From: an uncultured Alphaproteobacteria bacterium | Lineage (GTDB): Bacteria; Pseudomonadota; Alphaproteobacteria; Rhizobiales; Xanthobacteraceae | DNA: 64,000 bases | NCBI GenBank assembly: GCA_963799475.1 | Contig: CAWCXD010000006.1 | Span: 17,096-81,095, forward strand | Direction: 5' to 3' | Part shown: piece after piece, positions 30,598 through 41,313 of the stretch | Layout of the letters: each line of letters starts with the position of its first letter | How positions within the stretch are numbered: the stretch's first letter is position 1 | Position numbers and translations under genes: made by a program | Notes under the pieces: model-generated | What the model was told of the DNA's origin: nothing | The model's database searches: none | What the model saw: only the letters and a program-made list of their open reading frames with translations

Positions 30598-30840
30598 TCA
30601 GCGCGATGTCGTGCCGGCGTCCTGTGTTGTGACCTTGGCGCCAGCTTGTGCGCTCAAGCCATTTTCCTGGCAGGGAATCTGTCTCCAGGAGCCATCCGCA
30701 TTCTGCTCGTAACCGTAGCAGGGCGGTTTCGAGGCCTCGTCACTGGCATTTGGCGCGTTTGTCGGTCGTGCGAGCGCTGGGCTCGCGACCATGACGGTCA
30801 TGGTCATCATACCAAGGAAAGTCGCAATCACGACCCGCAT
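30598..30840 (-). CDS. Small secreted hypothetical protein (C..Y.Q..DGSW...PC)
   Basis: Signal peptide ending PALA, Cys pair, GGAG upstream. Confidence 0.6.
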   Translation of the reverse strand: MRVVIATFLGMMTMTVMVASPALARPTNAPNASDEASKPPCYGYEQNADGSWRQIPCQENGLSAQAGAKVTTQDAGTTSR

Positions 30841-31190
30841 CTCAGGTGTTCTCCTTATTGGAAGGCTCAAGATTCCAGCCCCGGATTGTGGTCGATTTTT
30901 GCTGCGTGTTTGGGAAATTCGATGACGTTCGCCGCTTCGTGCTACGCCTCCGGCGCGACATTAACCTTGCCGAGCGCATTTATTCGTCCGCCGAGGATTA
31001 ACCGCCCCGCCGGCTCGCCTTGGCCCGCGAATGCGCGAACGGGGAGGGTAATTGCTGACCCCTCAGGGTATTTCCCCCGCCGTTTGCCGGCCTCGGAAGC
31101 GGCTGTTCGTCTGCGCCATTGCCGCACTCACCGGCAATTCTTTCAAATGGCAGAAAAGTGTCCTAGCCTGATGGCCTTCGCAATCCGTGG

Positions 31191-31631
31191 GTGACGACCA
31201 TGAGATCTCGCGTAAGAAGATTTGCCCATTTCCTCGAACGCATTGGGCTCGCAATGGCCGGCGCCGCAAGCGGGCTGTTTGTCGCGGCCCATGTCGGCTC
31301 CAGCATCGAGTGGCTCACGTCCGAAGGTTTTGTCGTGATCATGATGATAGCCGGAGCATTCGGCTTTTATCTCGGCATCGACACGCCACCTTTGCCATTT
31401 CATGCGGAAGAGACGCGGGCAAAAGCCGGCCTCAGCGGTAAGGTGGATTCCGCCGAATTTCTCAGCGCGGTCGGCACCTTTTTCGCGGCCTTGACCGCAT
31501 TCGCATCGGTTTGCGTGATTGTGTTCCGGGGCAACCCCCACATCTTCTGGACAACGATGATCATGCTCGGTTGGGTGCTTGGCGTGGCGCTGCAGATCAT
31601 TGCGGGCGCGATTGCCCGCGCGCGTGCGTAA
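31191..31631 (+). CDS. Four-TM hypothetical membrane protein
   Basis: Four hydrophobic helices, 'GFYLGIDTP'. Confidence 0.65.
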   Translation: MTTMRSRVRRFAHFLERIGLAMAGAASGLFVAAHVGSSIEWLTSEGFVVIMMIAGAFGFYLGIDTPPLPFHAEETRAKAGLSGKVDSAEFLSAVGTFFAALTAFASVCVIVFRGNPHIFWTTMIMLGWVLGVALQIIAGAIARARA

Positions 31632-31710
31632 ATTCGATGGTTTCGTATGCCTATACAGGGTGTCGGCATTTCTGCCGCGGCGTTTGCGAGTAGAGATGAT
31701 GTTTCGCGCT

Positions 31711-33594
31711 CTAATGATCGAACAGGTGCTTTACGATTGCGCCGCTGAGAATCCTGGATCCTTCGGTCGACAAGTGAAGCTGGTCCAAGACGACGACGTT
31801 CGTTGCCGACGGCCCGTTTCGCGTCATGCAGCCATCCGAATTGCAGAATTCGTGCCAGGCTGAAAGGTATTCGACACGCTCATCTTTGGCGAATTGCGCC
31901 ATGCGCTCATCGACCGCAGGGCCGGAAACCCCGCGATCGATCCGGTCCGGCAGGTAGTGCTGAAATCTATAGGCATTGATCAGCATGAACGGCAGCGATC
32001 GCTTCCAGACCGGCACGGGACCGACGACGATGATCCTTTCAATACCTTGATGCCTCAAGCTCGCGATGGTTTCTCGAAGTGCCGGGAGGTCGGTTTTCTC
32101 ACTCCACATGGCATGCAGCAGCACGATGTCCGGCTTCGTTTCTCTGATGACGTCGAACGTCTCGGTGTTTAAGCCTGCGCATTGCGCAAATATTCCGACT
32201 ATGCCAACGATTGGCGGGCAGGCCGCGGAGGTAAACTGGGCGATACGAAACGGCTGATGTTGCTGCGCCGTCTTCAGGCCCGGATACAGCGCGGCAGCGG
32301 TCGAATCCCCCCACACAAATATGAGCGGGCCGCTTCCGTCTTCGATACACCGGGCTCGCCGTTCAGTAGAGACCTGACCGGCCTCAAGAAAACAGTCCGG
32401 GCGAAAGCCGGCATTCTCCTTACCGGGCAGGTTCGCAATATCGCTGACGGCCGGTGGAAACCGAAAGCTAAAACCTGAGCCGAGCACGGTGGATAGCCCA
32501 ACCGCACCGAGGGATACCATCGCCGTGCAGAGGCCGATGACCGCATTGCGGCGGTGCCTTATCGGCTTTTCGACGAAATAATAGGTGCCGCACGCCAGGA
32601 TGAAGGAAGCACCGACGGCGAGATCGATCTCCAGGAAAGTCGGGACACCTGCCCGCAGAATGCCGAGATAAGACAGGATCGGCCAATGCCAGAGATACAG
32701 GGGGTAACTGACGAGCCCGATGAAGACCATGGCGCGATGCGACAGCAGACGTCGGTTCAGCATCGAATTCGGGGCATCGAGCAACAAGACTGCGCCCAAA
32801 ACCGGCATCAGCGCGTTCCATCCCGGATATCGGGAGCTGGTGTTAAGCATTGCAACGGCAAGGACGATCAAGAGCAACCCGGCGGTTGCTTTGACATCAT
32901 CGGAAACACCCCGAAAATATGCGCCGTCCCGCGTGTTTGATCGCGCCAGTAGCGCACCAGCCAACAACTCCCAGGCTCGGGTTACCGGTGAATAGAAAGC
33001 GATCGCCTGGTGGTCGGTCACGAGCAAAACATTGGCCGCCATCGATGCGGCGGCAAGCGCTGCGATGACGATCGCATCAAAGCGCCAGCCTCTCAGGAGG
33101 ATCAGCAGTATCGGCCAGAAAATGTAAAATTGCTCTTCGATCCCGAGCGACCAGAGATGGAGCAACGGATTGGTCGATGCGTCCGGGGCAAAATAGTCCT
33201 GACGGCCAAGCTGGACGAGATTGGCGAAAAAACCGGCGCCCCCCGCCATGCTGGTGCCCAGCAACCCCAGATCTCGCGGTAGTAGGATGAGCCAGCCCAC
33301 GACATACGTCATGGCGAGCACAACAATCAGCGCGGGGAAAATGCGCCGGATGCGTCGCTGATAGAACGAGAGGATCGAGAACGAATTCAGCGCCAATTCC
33401 TTGGCGATGATGCGCGTAATGAGAAATCCGGAGATAACGAAGAAGATGTCTACGCCGACAAATCCTCCAGGAACCAGCCCTGGAAACGCATGATACCAAA
33501 CGACGGCGAGGATTGAGACGGCCCGGAGACCGTCTATGTCAGCACGGTAAGCGATGGGTGCGATCGTTTCGGCTGGTCGAGAGCGCATGAGCAT
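31711..33594 (-). CDS. Acyltransferase_3 + SGNH O-acetyltransferase (OafA/OatA-like)
   Basis: 'DIDGLRA', 'GVDIFFVISG', 'HLWSLGIEEQFY'; SGNH 'WGDS' and 'DQLHLS'. Confidence 0.92.
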   Translation of the reverse strand: MLMRSRPAETIAPIAYRADIDGLRAVSILAVVWYHAFPGLVPGGFVGVDIFFVISGFLITRIIAKELALNSFSILSFYQRRIRRIFPALIVVLAMTYVVGWLILLPRDLGLLGTSMAGGAGFFANLVQLGRQDYFAPDASTNPLLHLWSLGIEEQFYIFWPILLILLRGWRFDAIVIAALAAASMAANVLLVTDHQAIAFYSPVTRAWELLAGALLARSNTRDGAYFRGVSDDVKATAGLLLIVLAVAMLNTSSRYPGWNALMPVLGAVLLLDAPNSMLNRRLLSHRAMVFIGLVSYPLYLWHWPILSYLGILRAGVPTFLEIDLAVGASFILACGTYYFVEKPIRHRRNAVIGLCTAMVSLGAVGLSTVLGSGFSFRFPPAVSDIANLPGKENAGFRPDCFLEAGQVSTERRARCIEDGSGPLIFVWGDSTAAALYPGLKTAQQHQPFRIAQFTSAACPPIVGIVGIFAQCAGLNTETFDVIRETKPDIVLLHAMWSEKTDLPALRETIASLRHQGIERIIVVGPVPVWKRSLPFMLINAYRFQHYLPDRIDRGVSGPAVDERMAQFAKDERVEYLSAWHEFCNSDGCMTRNGPSATNVVVLDQLHLSTEGSRILSGAIVKHLFDH

Positions 33595-33783
33595 GCGACT
33601 CGTTCTATAGCCTCAACGGAGTCATCGGAAGGGGGCGCGGTCAAGCGCTCCGGTGGGTTTGACGATCGCCGGCGACTTAACCGCAGGATCAGATGTTAAG
33701 TTCGGACCGTTGCGGAACGGTAACAGTATTTTAGTCCGGACTCATGTAACTTTGTCAACTATCGCGGTTTCCCCGGAGAGTTT

Positions 33784-34611
33784 TTGATGAAAAGGCTATT
33801 GCTTGGAGCGGTTGCCCTTCTGTTCGGCGCTCCGGTTTTTGCGGCTGACCTATACCCGTATGCGAGGTCTGTCCCGGTTGAGCTGCCTAATAACTGGAAT
33901 GGCTGGTATGCCGGCTTAAATGTGGGCGCCGCCGTCAACGATTCCCAATATGACATCAATCCAGCCGGATGCTTCGTGACTGGTTGCGGTGCGGGCGGCA
34001 TCCCGGGGAATGCCTTTCGGCGGTACTCAGCCGGGTTGAGCGGTACGGATTTCACCGGTGGTGGCCAGGTGGGTTACAACTACCACTTCGCGCCGCTGTG
34101 GGTTGCGGGCTTCGAAACGGACTTCAACTATAACGGGGTTCGAAATTCCGACGTCCTCAGCCAACCCCTGGGGCCGCCGCTGTTCGGACCAGGCACCTTC
34201 TTTCACGCGGTATCCACTGGTCTTGATTGGTTCGGGACAGTGCGCGGCCGCCTTGGCGTCCTGGCGACGCCAAACCTGCTGTTATACGGAACGGCCGGTC
34301 TCGCTTACGGCCAGGCAAGTTCCACGACCAACACGTCATTTTCGTTCTTGTCTGACACCTATGCCGGTTCGGCTTCGACGACACGCTTTGGCTGGACTGC
34401 GGGCGCTGGCGCGGAGTGGCTGGTGACGCGCGCCTGGTCGGTGAAAGCCGAATACCTTTACGTTGATCTCGGCCGCGCCGACTACGCGAGTGGGTGTATC
34501 TCCCCGGCGGCGGTTTGCAATAGCGTGACGCCGCCGTTCTATCAGACCAGCGTCCAAACGCGCGAGCATGTCGCTCGGGTCGGTGTCAACTATCACTTCC
34601 CGCAATACTAA
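33784..34611 (+). CDS. Omp25/RopB-family outer-membrane beta-barrel
   Basis: Signal peptide, 'WNGWYAGLNVG', 'WFGTVRGRLG', 'WSVKAEYLY', 'GVNYHF'. Confidence 0.9.
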   Translation: MMKRLLLGAVALLFGAPVFAADLYPYARSVPVELPNNWNGWYAGLNVGAAVNDSQYDINPAGCFVTGCGAGGIPGNAFRRYSAGLSGTDFTGGGQVGYNYHFAPLWVAGFETDFNYNGVRNSDVLSQPLGPPLFGPGTFFHAVSTGLDWFGTVRGRLGVLATPNLLLYGTAGLAYGQASSTTNTSFSFLSDTYAGSASTTRFGWTAGAGAEWLVTRAWSVKAEYLYVDLGRADYASGCISPAAVCNSVTPPFYQTSVQTREHVARVGVNYHFPQY

Positions 34612-34838
34612 AGGGCGCTCGGGGGCTTAAAAATTCAGAGCCTCCTTAGCTCGCGGTGGTCGAATCGCCGATTTACGGGGTGGGGCAGGCGACTTGATTC
34701 TGACCAGGTAACGCTGCCTGCCTGCCGGGCGTGCGGGCGGATCTTGGTGCGCGCAGGCTTGTCGCCGTGCGGTTGAGTTCTGACCTTCACCGCTGTAGCC
34801 GCTGAAATAACTTGGCGCTCGTCGACCGATCCGGGAGA

Positions 34839-35078
34839 TCAGCAGCCGCGGCAAATGTCGTTGATCTTGCGATCTACAGATCTTTCGTTGGCTGTCGGCC
34901 CGATTGACCGATCGGGAGCATTGGCCCTGCGCGGTTGCTGATGCGGCGGTAGCTTCGTGTATCGATGATGGTAGCGGTGCGACAGTTGCGACGCCTGCGG
35001 TTTCCGATGCTTTGCAATGGCCGAGGACGAGCCAGCCACCAGTGCAACGAATACCAACCCCGTGACTACCTTTCGCAT
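34839..35078 (-). CDS. Small secreted protein ending DRKINDICRGC
   Basis: Signal peptide; terminal CxxC. Confidence 0.6.
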   Translation of the reverse strand: MRKVVTGLVFVALVAGSSSAIAKHRKPQASQLSHRYHHRYTKLPPHQQPRRANAPDRSIGPTANERSVDRKINDICRGC

Positions 35079-35615
35079 CTGGTTCGACCCTTATGAGATG
35101 TCTTTTGGACCGATCCGCATCGGGCCAACGCCTTGGTGAGCCTATCTGTCTGCCAATGGCGTTACGGCGGGGAAATTTGCCGCAATCAACGTGGGAGATG
35201 GATGAAACGCGACAAAAAGATGAAGCCGACGGTGACGCAACAGGCGAAAACTGCGACTGTGGGATCGTCCATCGAAAGACTATCCACAAATGAGGCGGGA
35301 TGATTCCTCAGCCTGCGGCCCAGCGCAAGCCGTTTGCGCCCAGGGTTCTGTGGGTGGTGCGCACGCCGATGCATCGGCTGACCCGGATAACCGGTCGACT
35401 GCCCATCACCTGAGGTCGCGAGGTTCCGCCCGCTGAGGCCACGCCTGAGGTGAACAGCAAACGTTTGGTGTGATCCACCTTGCCGTTGCCGCTCGCGAGC
35501 GGCGAGGTCAGCACCGTCACGTCGGTCACTCGGCGCTGGCGCAAAACGAGATCATTCGCTCACTGGCGTGCTTCCATCCGGGCATGCCAATTGCCGCCTG
35601 TCGCGCTGCCCTCGA

Positions 35616-35825
35616 CTATTGGGGCTTGGTCGGAAACACCAGTGACTGATCCTCGATTTCCTCGACCGGAATTTTATGCACCTCGGCTGCGGCGTGGAGT
35701 GCGAGCAAGCTTGGCATGATCGCTGCGCCGGGTGACGCATCGATCGGAGTCGGCCGTGAGTGCGTTACCGCTACAGCAGCGAGCAGCGCGGCGGCCACGA
35801 ACGAAGGAATTATCAGTCCTTTCAT
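35616..35825 (-). CDS. Small hypothetical exported protein
   Basis: GGAGG RBS, hydrophobic N-terminus, ends 'EIEDQSLVFP'. Confidence 0.6.
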   Translation of the reverse strand: MKGLIIPSFVAAALLAAVAVTHSRPTPIDASPGAAIMPSLLALHAAAEVHKIPVEEIEDQSLVFPTKPQ

Positions 35826-36736
35826 GGAGGCCTCCTTTTTTCAGCGTAAAATTTTCAGGGACGGGAACCACTCAAATCTCGCAGGTCACGCCGGCGACGC
35901 TCCGCGATCGGCTGCGGCGCGCCGGTGTTGTCAGAAGAAGCCCACGCTCAAATCGAGGCCATAGGTCGCGATGATTACCGACACGAACAGGCCAGCGGCG
36001 CATGACATCGCGACAAACTTCAGCGTTTCGATATCAAACTGTGTGCCGGGCAGCGCGCGCGAAAGGACCCTTGCGATGGTAGCCATTTGCAACTCTCCAA
36101 ATATCAGCCTCGGGAGTGGAGCTGTTTGGACCTTGATAGCCCGGTTGGCTCGTGGCCGCTGTGAAGCGGGTCACACTCGGAGCGACATTTTCGCACCGTT
36201 CTGCTCGGCCGCTTTGCATGCCGCGCTAGACTGAGCCGTTGCTACATTTGTAATATGCTTAGGGCGGTTCGGCGCGGTCGCGCTTTGGGCCGGGCTGTGC
36301 GATCGGATCCGCTGGAGTCGAGAGCCTGTAGATGGAGCCCTCTGAGATCGCGGTCGATTTTTTGTATCCGGCGAACAGCCATTTCACGAAGGTCAGCTCG
36401 TCGTTGTCATCGCCGCGATCTCCAAGCCGCCAGCTTGGCTCTACCGCTCCCGTAATCGGTTTAATTCGATCAGCCGATTAACCAGGTCAGCGCTCCTTGC
36501 CGTGACGACGGCCAGCCGCCGGTCAAGCGGACTCAGCCCCCAACTAACTGAACACCCGCTTGCACGTTAAGCGGCTGCAAATGCAGTCAATAGACGCCGA
36601 AGCAGGTACGCCCGCGGCGCCCTTTGCGACTGTCAGACGCGAAGACCCGTGCCGGCAATAGCCTTGCGCCCGTGGCATCCAGCGGGTGCGAATATTAGAT
36701 AGCGGGTCGGTCCGTCGGTTGAATGGAGCAAATGGA

Positions 36737-36967
36737 ATGCGATCTGTTCTGGCCCTGGGCCTATTGATGGCGTGGTGCGCTTCTGCCGACGCTGCGACAG
36801 TGCGTCGTTCCAAACTGCCCGAGAGACACGTACGTTCCAGTCAGCGGGTTACGATTCCCCAGAGCTATGCTCCCAACGACTATGCTCCCAAGAGCTATTC
36901 GGTTCCCGGTTGGAGCGAAGAACAAACTCGCAGGTGGCTGGATGACGCCACAGGGCCGAAAGATTGA
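36737..36967 (+). CDS. Small secreted hypothetical protein with short xYAP repeats
   Basis: 'MRSVLALGLLMAWCASADA', QSYAP NDYAP KSYSVP, 'VPGWSEEQTRRWLD'. Confidence 0.6.
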   Translation: MRSVLALGLLMAWCASADAATVRRSKLPERHVRSSQRVTIPQSYAPNDYAPKSYSVPGWSEEQTRRWLDDATGPKD

Positions 36968-37079
36968 TCGATCGCCATCGGCAGAGGGCTGGCCCTGCGG
37001 CGATGAAGCGGGGCCGGACCTCGCATAATTCAACCCAGGTCAGAAGCTTGTGTTTGACTAAACTTAGTTGCGAAGTCGC

Positions 37080-37290
37080 TAGTTTCACGCATGTGCCAGA
37101 TTCATGAAGGTTCGACCAGCCGTTCGCAATCGCGAGGTCAAGGCCGACTTTACATTCGGCTGGCGTGATCTCTGGTTCGGATAGAGCCAGTTCATGAGTT
37201 CGATGAAGGCACGGCCATCCTGTACGGCTTCAACCGAATTGGCGATCTCGAACAGCCTGCGGGCGGCGACTTCCGGATCAATCGCGCTCG
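37080..37290 (-). pseudogene. Frameshifted remnant of a small conserved protein
   Basis: 'DPEVAARRLFEIANSVEAVQDGR' continues in another frame as 'TPAECKVGLDLAIANGWSNLHESGT'. Confidence 0.5.
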
Positions 37291-37653
37291 ACCACAATTC
37301 GAACAGTCAAAGAGTTTGGCGATTTTGCGCAAGTTTTGCGGCGCTTCTAAGAAGCAGTATTATTTGTATATTGCCTTTGTTTTTCTCATCGACGTTCTCG
37401 ACGCTCAGTCAAAGAAAAATGATTTGCGGAAACAAATCCCAAATCTATAAAGCGCCGGCAACACTCGATTGTGATCAGAAGCTTATCCTGACAGGATACG
37501 CCACCTTCCCAAGCATGAACTTACGTGAGGACGACGTGCAAGCGCTAACATCAAAGCGATCTGCATCAGCTTTTGCTTTGCAGAAACCGCATTTTGCTTT
37601 TTTGGCCGTCAAATCGGTCGTGGATGCGATCGAGTGGAGGTTGCTGTCTAACC

Positions 37654-38169
37654 ATGGCTAGGATTCATATCCCGACAATTGCCCGGATGAGTGATCCTGA
37701 TCGCCGGCAATTCAACCGCTTTCCCTCCAACCTGGTGCGAGCGCTGCTCAAGACTCGCGGCTGCACGGCTGGCTATCTTGATCTGGGCTTTGCTCTGATC
37801 GATGCGATCATTGATATTAAGCGCCGCGAATTGGTCATTCTGCGCGTTGCATCACTCAGCGATAGCGCCTATGTGCGCATGCAGCATTTGCCAATGGCCC
37901 GGAAGGCCGGCTGGTCGGATCAAGACATCACTTCTATTGAAATGGGTGAGGCCGACCGGCTTGATCCTGCCGATGGCGCCTTGCTGCGCTTCGTTGACGA
38001 ATGCCTGCGCGATGTACGGGTTTCCGATCCGACCTTCGCCGAAGCCCGCAAGTTCCTAACGGACGAAGAAATCGCCGAGGCCACTCTGCTCGTCGGTTAT
38101 ACGATGATGACCGCTAGATACCTCGAAACTCTCAGAGTCGAGCTGGACGAGGCGCTGCCTGCGTGCTGA
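37654..38169 (+). CDS. Carboxymuconolactone decarboxylase / AhpD-like protein
   Basis: 'RELVILRVA...Y...QH..MARKAGWS', 'VSDPTF'. Confidence 0.8.
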   Translation: MARIHIPTIARMSDPDRRQFNRFPSNLVRALLKTRGCTAGYLDLGFALIDAIIDIKRRELVILRVASLSDSAYVRMQHLPMARKAGWSDQDITSIEMGEADRLDPADGALLRFVDECLRDVRVSDPTFAEARKFLTDEEIAEATLLVGYTMMTARYLETLRVELDEALPAC

Positions 38170-38366
38170 CGGAGCATTAAATTCTATATTCGCAGTACGT
38201 CTTTGGCCGAGAAGAGGGAGCAGTTGCGAAGCCGGCTATAAAGCCGACGGCATGCACAATCCACAACGCAATCGACAACCAGGAAGACAGAGTCGCCTTC
38301 GTGCGCTAAGTTTGGACCGAGCCTGGGCGTAGATCCGGCCGTTTCAACGCACGAGGGAACAACAGC

Positions 38367-38612
38367 ATGCGACATGCCGCACTTCTCAATCCCTTCAACC
38401 TGACTGCGGAGACAACCCAAACTGCTAACCGGCGAGGGACACGTTCGACGCCTGTTTGCTCGAGTTGCAACTCGGACGATATCATTTCCCAGGCCACGGT
38501 TCAGTGGAGCAACGAATCGCAGGCGTGGGAACTCGCAAGCACTTTCGCCCAGCCGGCTCACTGCAACAGCTGTAACGGCCCGTGCGGCATAGTGTGGCTC
38601 ACCCTGAACTAA
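38367..38612 (+). CDS. Small Zn-ribbon hypothetical protein
   Basis: CSSC...CNSC; GGAGG-like RBS. Confidence 0.55.
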   Translation: MRHAALLNPFNLTAETTQTANRRGTRSTPVCSSCNSDDIISQATVQWSNESQAWELASTFAQPAHCNSCNGPCGIVWLTLN

Positions 38613-38811
38613 GTTTTGGAAGTGTTATCAGGGCCTCAAGCTTTACTATCGACATCCATGGCTTAAGGCAGGACTGAACGGTGGCTTCGGCTGCAGGTCC
38701 GAGGGTGCAGTGTATTGCTGGGTTTTCGAAAGCACAGCAAACCCGCGCGCCGCGGATGCTCGCGGGCGTTCTGTCTCGGCATTGAGGACGAATGCGCGGA
38801 AGGTCGCCGCT

Positions 38812-39048
38812 TTAAACTCCTGGGCCGTCGGTAATATCCTCTGGAGCCCAGCAAACCGAATAAGTCGCGCGATTAGGTGCAGCGATGGTGGCGGAACCAT
38901 CTAGGACACACTTCCCATGGCCGCTATGGATAGTCTCGATGGGCACAGTGTTTATGGCCGTTGTGACGGCGTGTCGCGCAAGTGATGCTGCCGGATAGGC
39001 AAAGATTACGACAAACGCGAAAGCGACTTTTACCGAGGTGTTCGACAT
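38812..39048 (-). CDS. Small secreted hypothetical protein
   Basis: Signal peptide ending ASLA, Cys pair, GGAG RBS. Confidence 0.45.
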   Translation of the reverse strand: MSNTSVKVAFAFVVIFAYPAASLARHAVTTAINTVPIETIHSGHGKCVLDGSATIAAPNRATYSVCWAPEDITDGPGV

Positions 39049-39237
39049 GAAAGCTCCATAATGAATTCGCTAGGCGCCGAATGCGTGGCGTGGCTAATCT
39101 AGGTTCACGATTCCTCGACGCCATTAAAATGAATTTTACAGAGACGTTTGGGAACTTCTTTGAGCTTTGCTGACACACGATCTATCGGATCGCCCATGGC
39201 GTGAGATGAAAGCAGGAATCGTGCCATGCTTGCCACT

Positions 39238-39438
39238 TCAGGGGTTGCGTAGGGGCGATCGACGAATTTCATCATGCTTCAGTAGCGTTCGGAGGTCGGA
39301 AATCAGAATGTCAACGCGATCCTTAATGACACGACGCTGATCTGCCGGGAGCGATCTGTCATCGAGCTCGCGCAAGGCGAGTTGGATTGATGTCCTCAGT
39401 GTGTCGATATCTCTGCGAAGTTTTTTCTGCTCGGTCAT
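39238..39438 (-). CDS. Small helical hypothetical protein
   Basis: GGGGAG RBS before MTEQKKL; amphipathic helices. Confidence 0.4.
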   Translation of the reverse strand: MTEQKKLRRDIDTLRTSIQLALRELDDRSLPADQRRVIKDRVDILISDLRTLLKHDEIRRSPLRNP

Positions 39439-39784
39439 GGCCAATGCTCCCCGTCGCCAATGCCATCGTTGGTGGCAGCAGTCGGGGCGCTCGGGATGAT
39501 AACTGCGATTGTGCTTTAGCAGTCCGGTAGTCCGGTCGCTCATAAATTACGGTTATGGGGGTGATAAACATTAGTTGCTGCTCGAGCGGGACATGTAGCT
39601 CGCTGATTCCGTCTCCTCATTGGCGTCGCCCGCCTTTGACCGACTGGGTTCGAAATGCGGCAAAAGCGCCTAAGCATATCGCAGCCTGACGTAGAGTTGG
39701 ATAAGATGTACAATTTAGTATTACAATCAGACGGCGAAATTGGGTATAAGGGGGCGGCGTCAAAAAGCGGAAGAGGAGCCGTCA

Positions 39785-40087
39785 ATGTACGAGACTGCGC
39801 CGATCCCCCCAAGCGAGGTTCAGAAATTCATCGCCGCAAAGTGCCCAAACCCTCGCTGCTTGGGTTGCGGCAAGGCTGAGTACGACATCGTCAACGAAAC
39901 CAATATCGACGGCAATGGTCTCGCGAGACGCGTGGCGTTGATTGGATTTCCATTCCCCAACTACGACATCTTTAAAAGCAAGACGATTGATGTCATCGTT
40001 ATTTGCTGCGTGGAATGCGGCACTCTTCGCCATATCGCGCGGAAGGTAGTAATGGCTTGGCTGGCCAAGCAGGGCCAGTTGGTTTAA
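39785..40087 (+). CDS. Small Zn-ribbon hypothetical protein (phage-like)
   Basis: GAGGAG RBS; CLGC...CVEC; lower GC. Confidence 0.55.
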   Translation: MYETAPIPPSEVQKFIAAKCPNPRCLGCGKAEYDIVNETNIDGNGLARRVALIGFPFPNYDIFKSKTIDVIVICCVECGTLRHIARKVVMAWLAKQGQLV

Positions 40088-40141
40088 CGAGCGAACGAAA
40101 AAGCCGGAACGCACGCGAAGCGCAACCGCCGCGAAAGGGTT

Positions 40142-40345
40142 TCAGTCGGCTTGAAATGACGGCGCATGATTCTGCTCCGTTTGAGAGGAGGCGGCCTGCG
40201 CCATCTTGATCCAATCGTCAGCAAGCAACAGCCACGCACCCTTGTCGACCGGGTTTACCGCTAGCGCGGCTCGCTGATGGCATCCGTTGGCTTGCTTGCG
40301 AAAGCGCGCAACGTTTTCGGCAAATGTGCCACCCGGATAATCCAT
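40142..40345 (-). CDS. Small hypothetical protein
   Basis: 'FRKQANGCHQRA...WLLLADDWIKMA' pattern of rhizobial short helical proteins. Confidence 0.5.
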   Translation of the reverse strand: MDYPGGTFAENVARFRKQANGCHQRAALAVNPVDKGAWLLLADDWIKMAQAASSQTEQNHAPSFQAD

Positions 40346-40368
40346 AGTACCACCTGGCACGATGGGTT

Positions 40369-40542
40369 TTATTGCGGAGCTTGCAGCCCAGGCGATGAGA
40401 GCCACTCGTTGATGTGGGTGGCAACATCCATCTGGTCGGCCATCCGCAGGAGCTGATCGCGTTGAATGCTTTGGGGCATGCCCTTAGCCTGCTTGCGCAG
40501 CTTATCTGCTTCGGCCTTTATTTGCTCGAAACGATGCAGCAT
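40369..40542 (-). CDS. Small hypothetical protein
   Basis: 'RDQLLRMADQMDVATHINEWLSSPGLQAP' pattern of a rhizobial small-protein family. Confidence 0.55.
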   Translation of the reverse strand: MLHRFEQIKAEADKLRKQAKGMPQSIQRDQLLRMADQMDVATHINEWLSSPGLQAPQ

Positions 40543-40917
40543 AGCGGTACTCCCTGTTCGATTGGACGGGACCCTAACCAACTTTCAAGTCACCGATAAC
40601 AGCCGAAAGACAGTGCGGCGGGGCGGTGGGGATAGTACATTTTATGTTGAGAAGCCGATGCAATTCCCAAATATTGCATAATTGTCCAATTATTTAATTG
40701 GTCAAATTTAAACAAAGCCGGTTTTTAAAAAATTGGCGACTCAGTGGTGTCAAAACAGGCGAGTACCAAAAACTGAATATCAGTGGGGACGCCCGGGTGA
40801 ACGGAAAGCCCTCTCCATAATAGGGTGATCACTTTCGGGCGGGCAGCCGTTGTTACTTCGTCTCCCTCCGGTGAGGGCCGTCTTGTCGGTTAGGTTGAGT
40901 GCTGTGTAACAGTCCTT

Positions 40918-41313
40918 ATGGACAGCAATAAGTACAGTACTCAAGTTGAGCGGCTCGGGGTTGTCGAGACCGGTCGGCGTCGTCGCTGGACCGATGACGA
41001 GAAGCTCAAGATCGTTCTGGAGAGCATGCAGGCGCCGCGGGCGATCTCATCGACAGCGCGGCGGCATGGAATTTCGCGTTCGTTGCTGCTGATCTGGCGG
41101 CGATCGTTTGGAGCTGGTGCAGGCGATGCCGATCAGCCAAAGCCCGGCTTTGTCCCGGCGTTGGTGATGGGGGAGACAGCACCGGCGGCGACTGCCATGA
41201 CAGCAAGCGGCCGCATGGTGATCGAGATCGGGAAGCATCGTCGCGTCATCGTTGACGCTGGTGTTGATGCGACCGCTTTGGCTCGGGTACTGGCCGTTCT
41301 GGAGGGCCGATGA
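40918..41313 (+). CDS. tnpA: IS66 accessory protein TnpA
   Basis: 'RRRRWTDDEKLKIV' HTH. Confidence 0.9.
   Translation: MDSNKYSTQVERLGVVETGRRRRWTDDEKLKIVLESMQAPRAISSTARRHGISRSLLLIWRRSFGAGAGDADQPKPGFVPALVMGETAPAATAMTASGRMVIEIGKHRRVIVDAGVDATALARVLAVLEGR

Noticed and set aside
38680-38770. Three consecutive hairpins as an ncRNA
   Set aside because: Short GC-rich stems could be chance or a terminator for the convergent small genes
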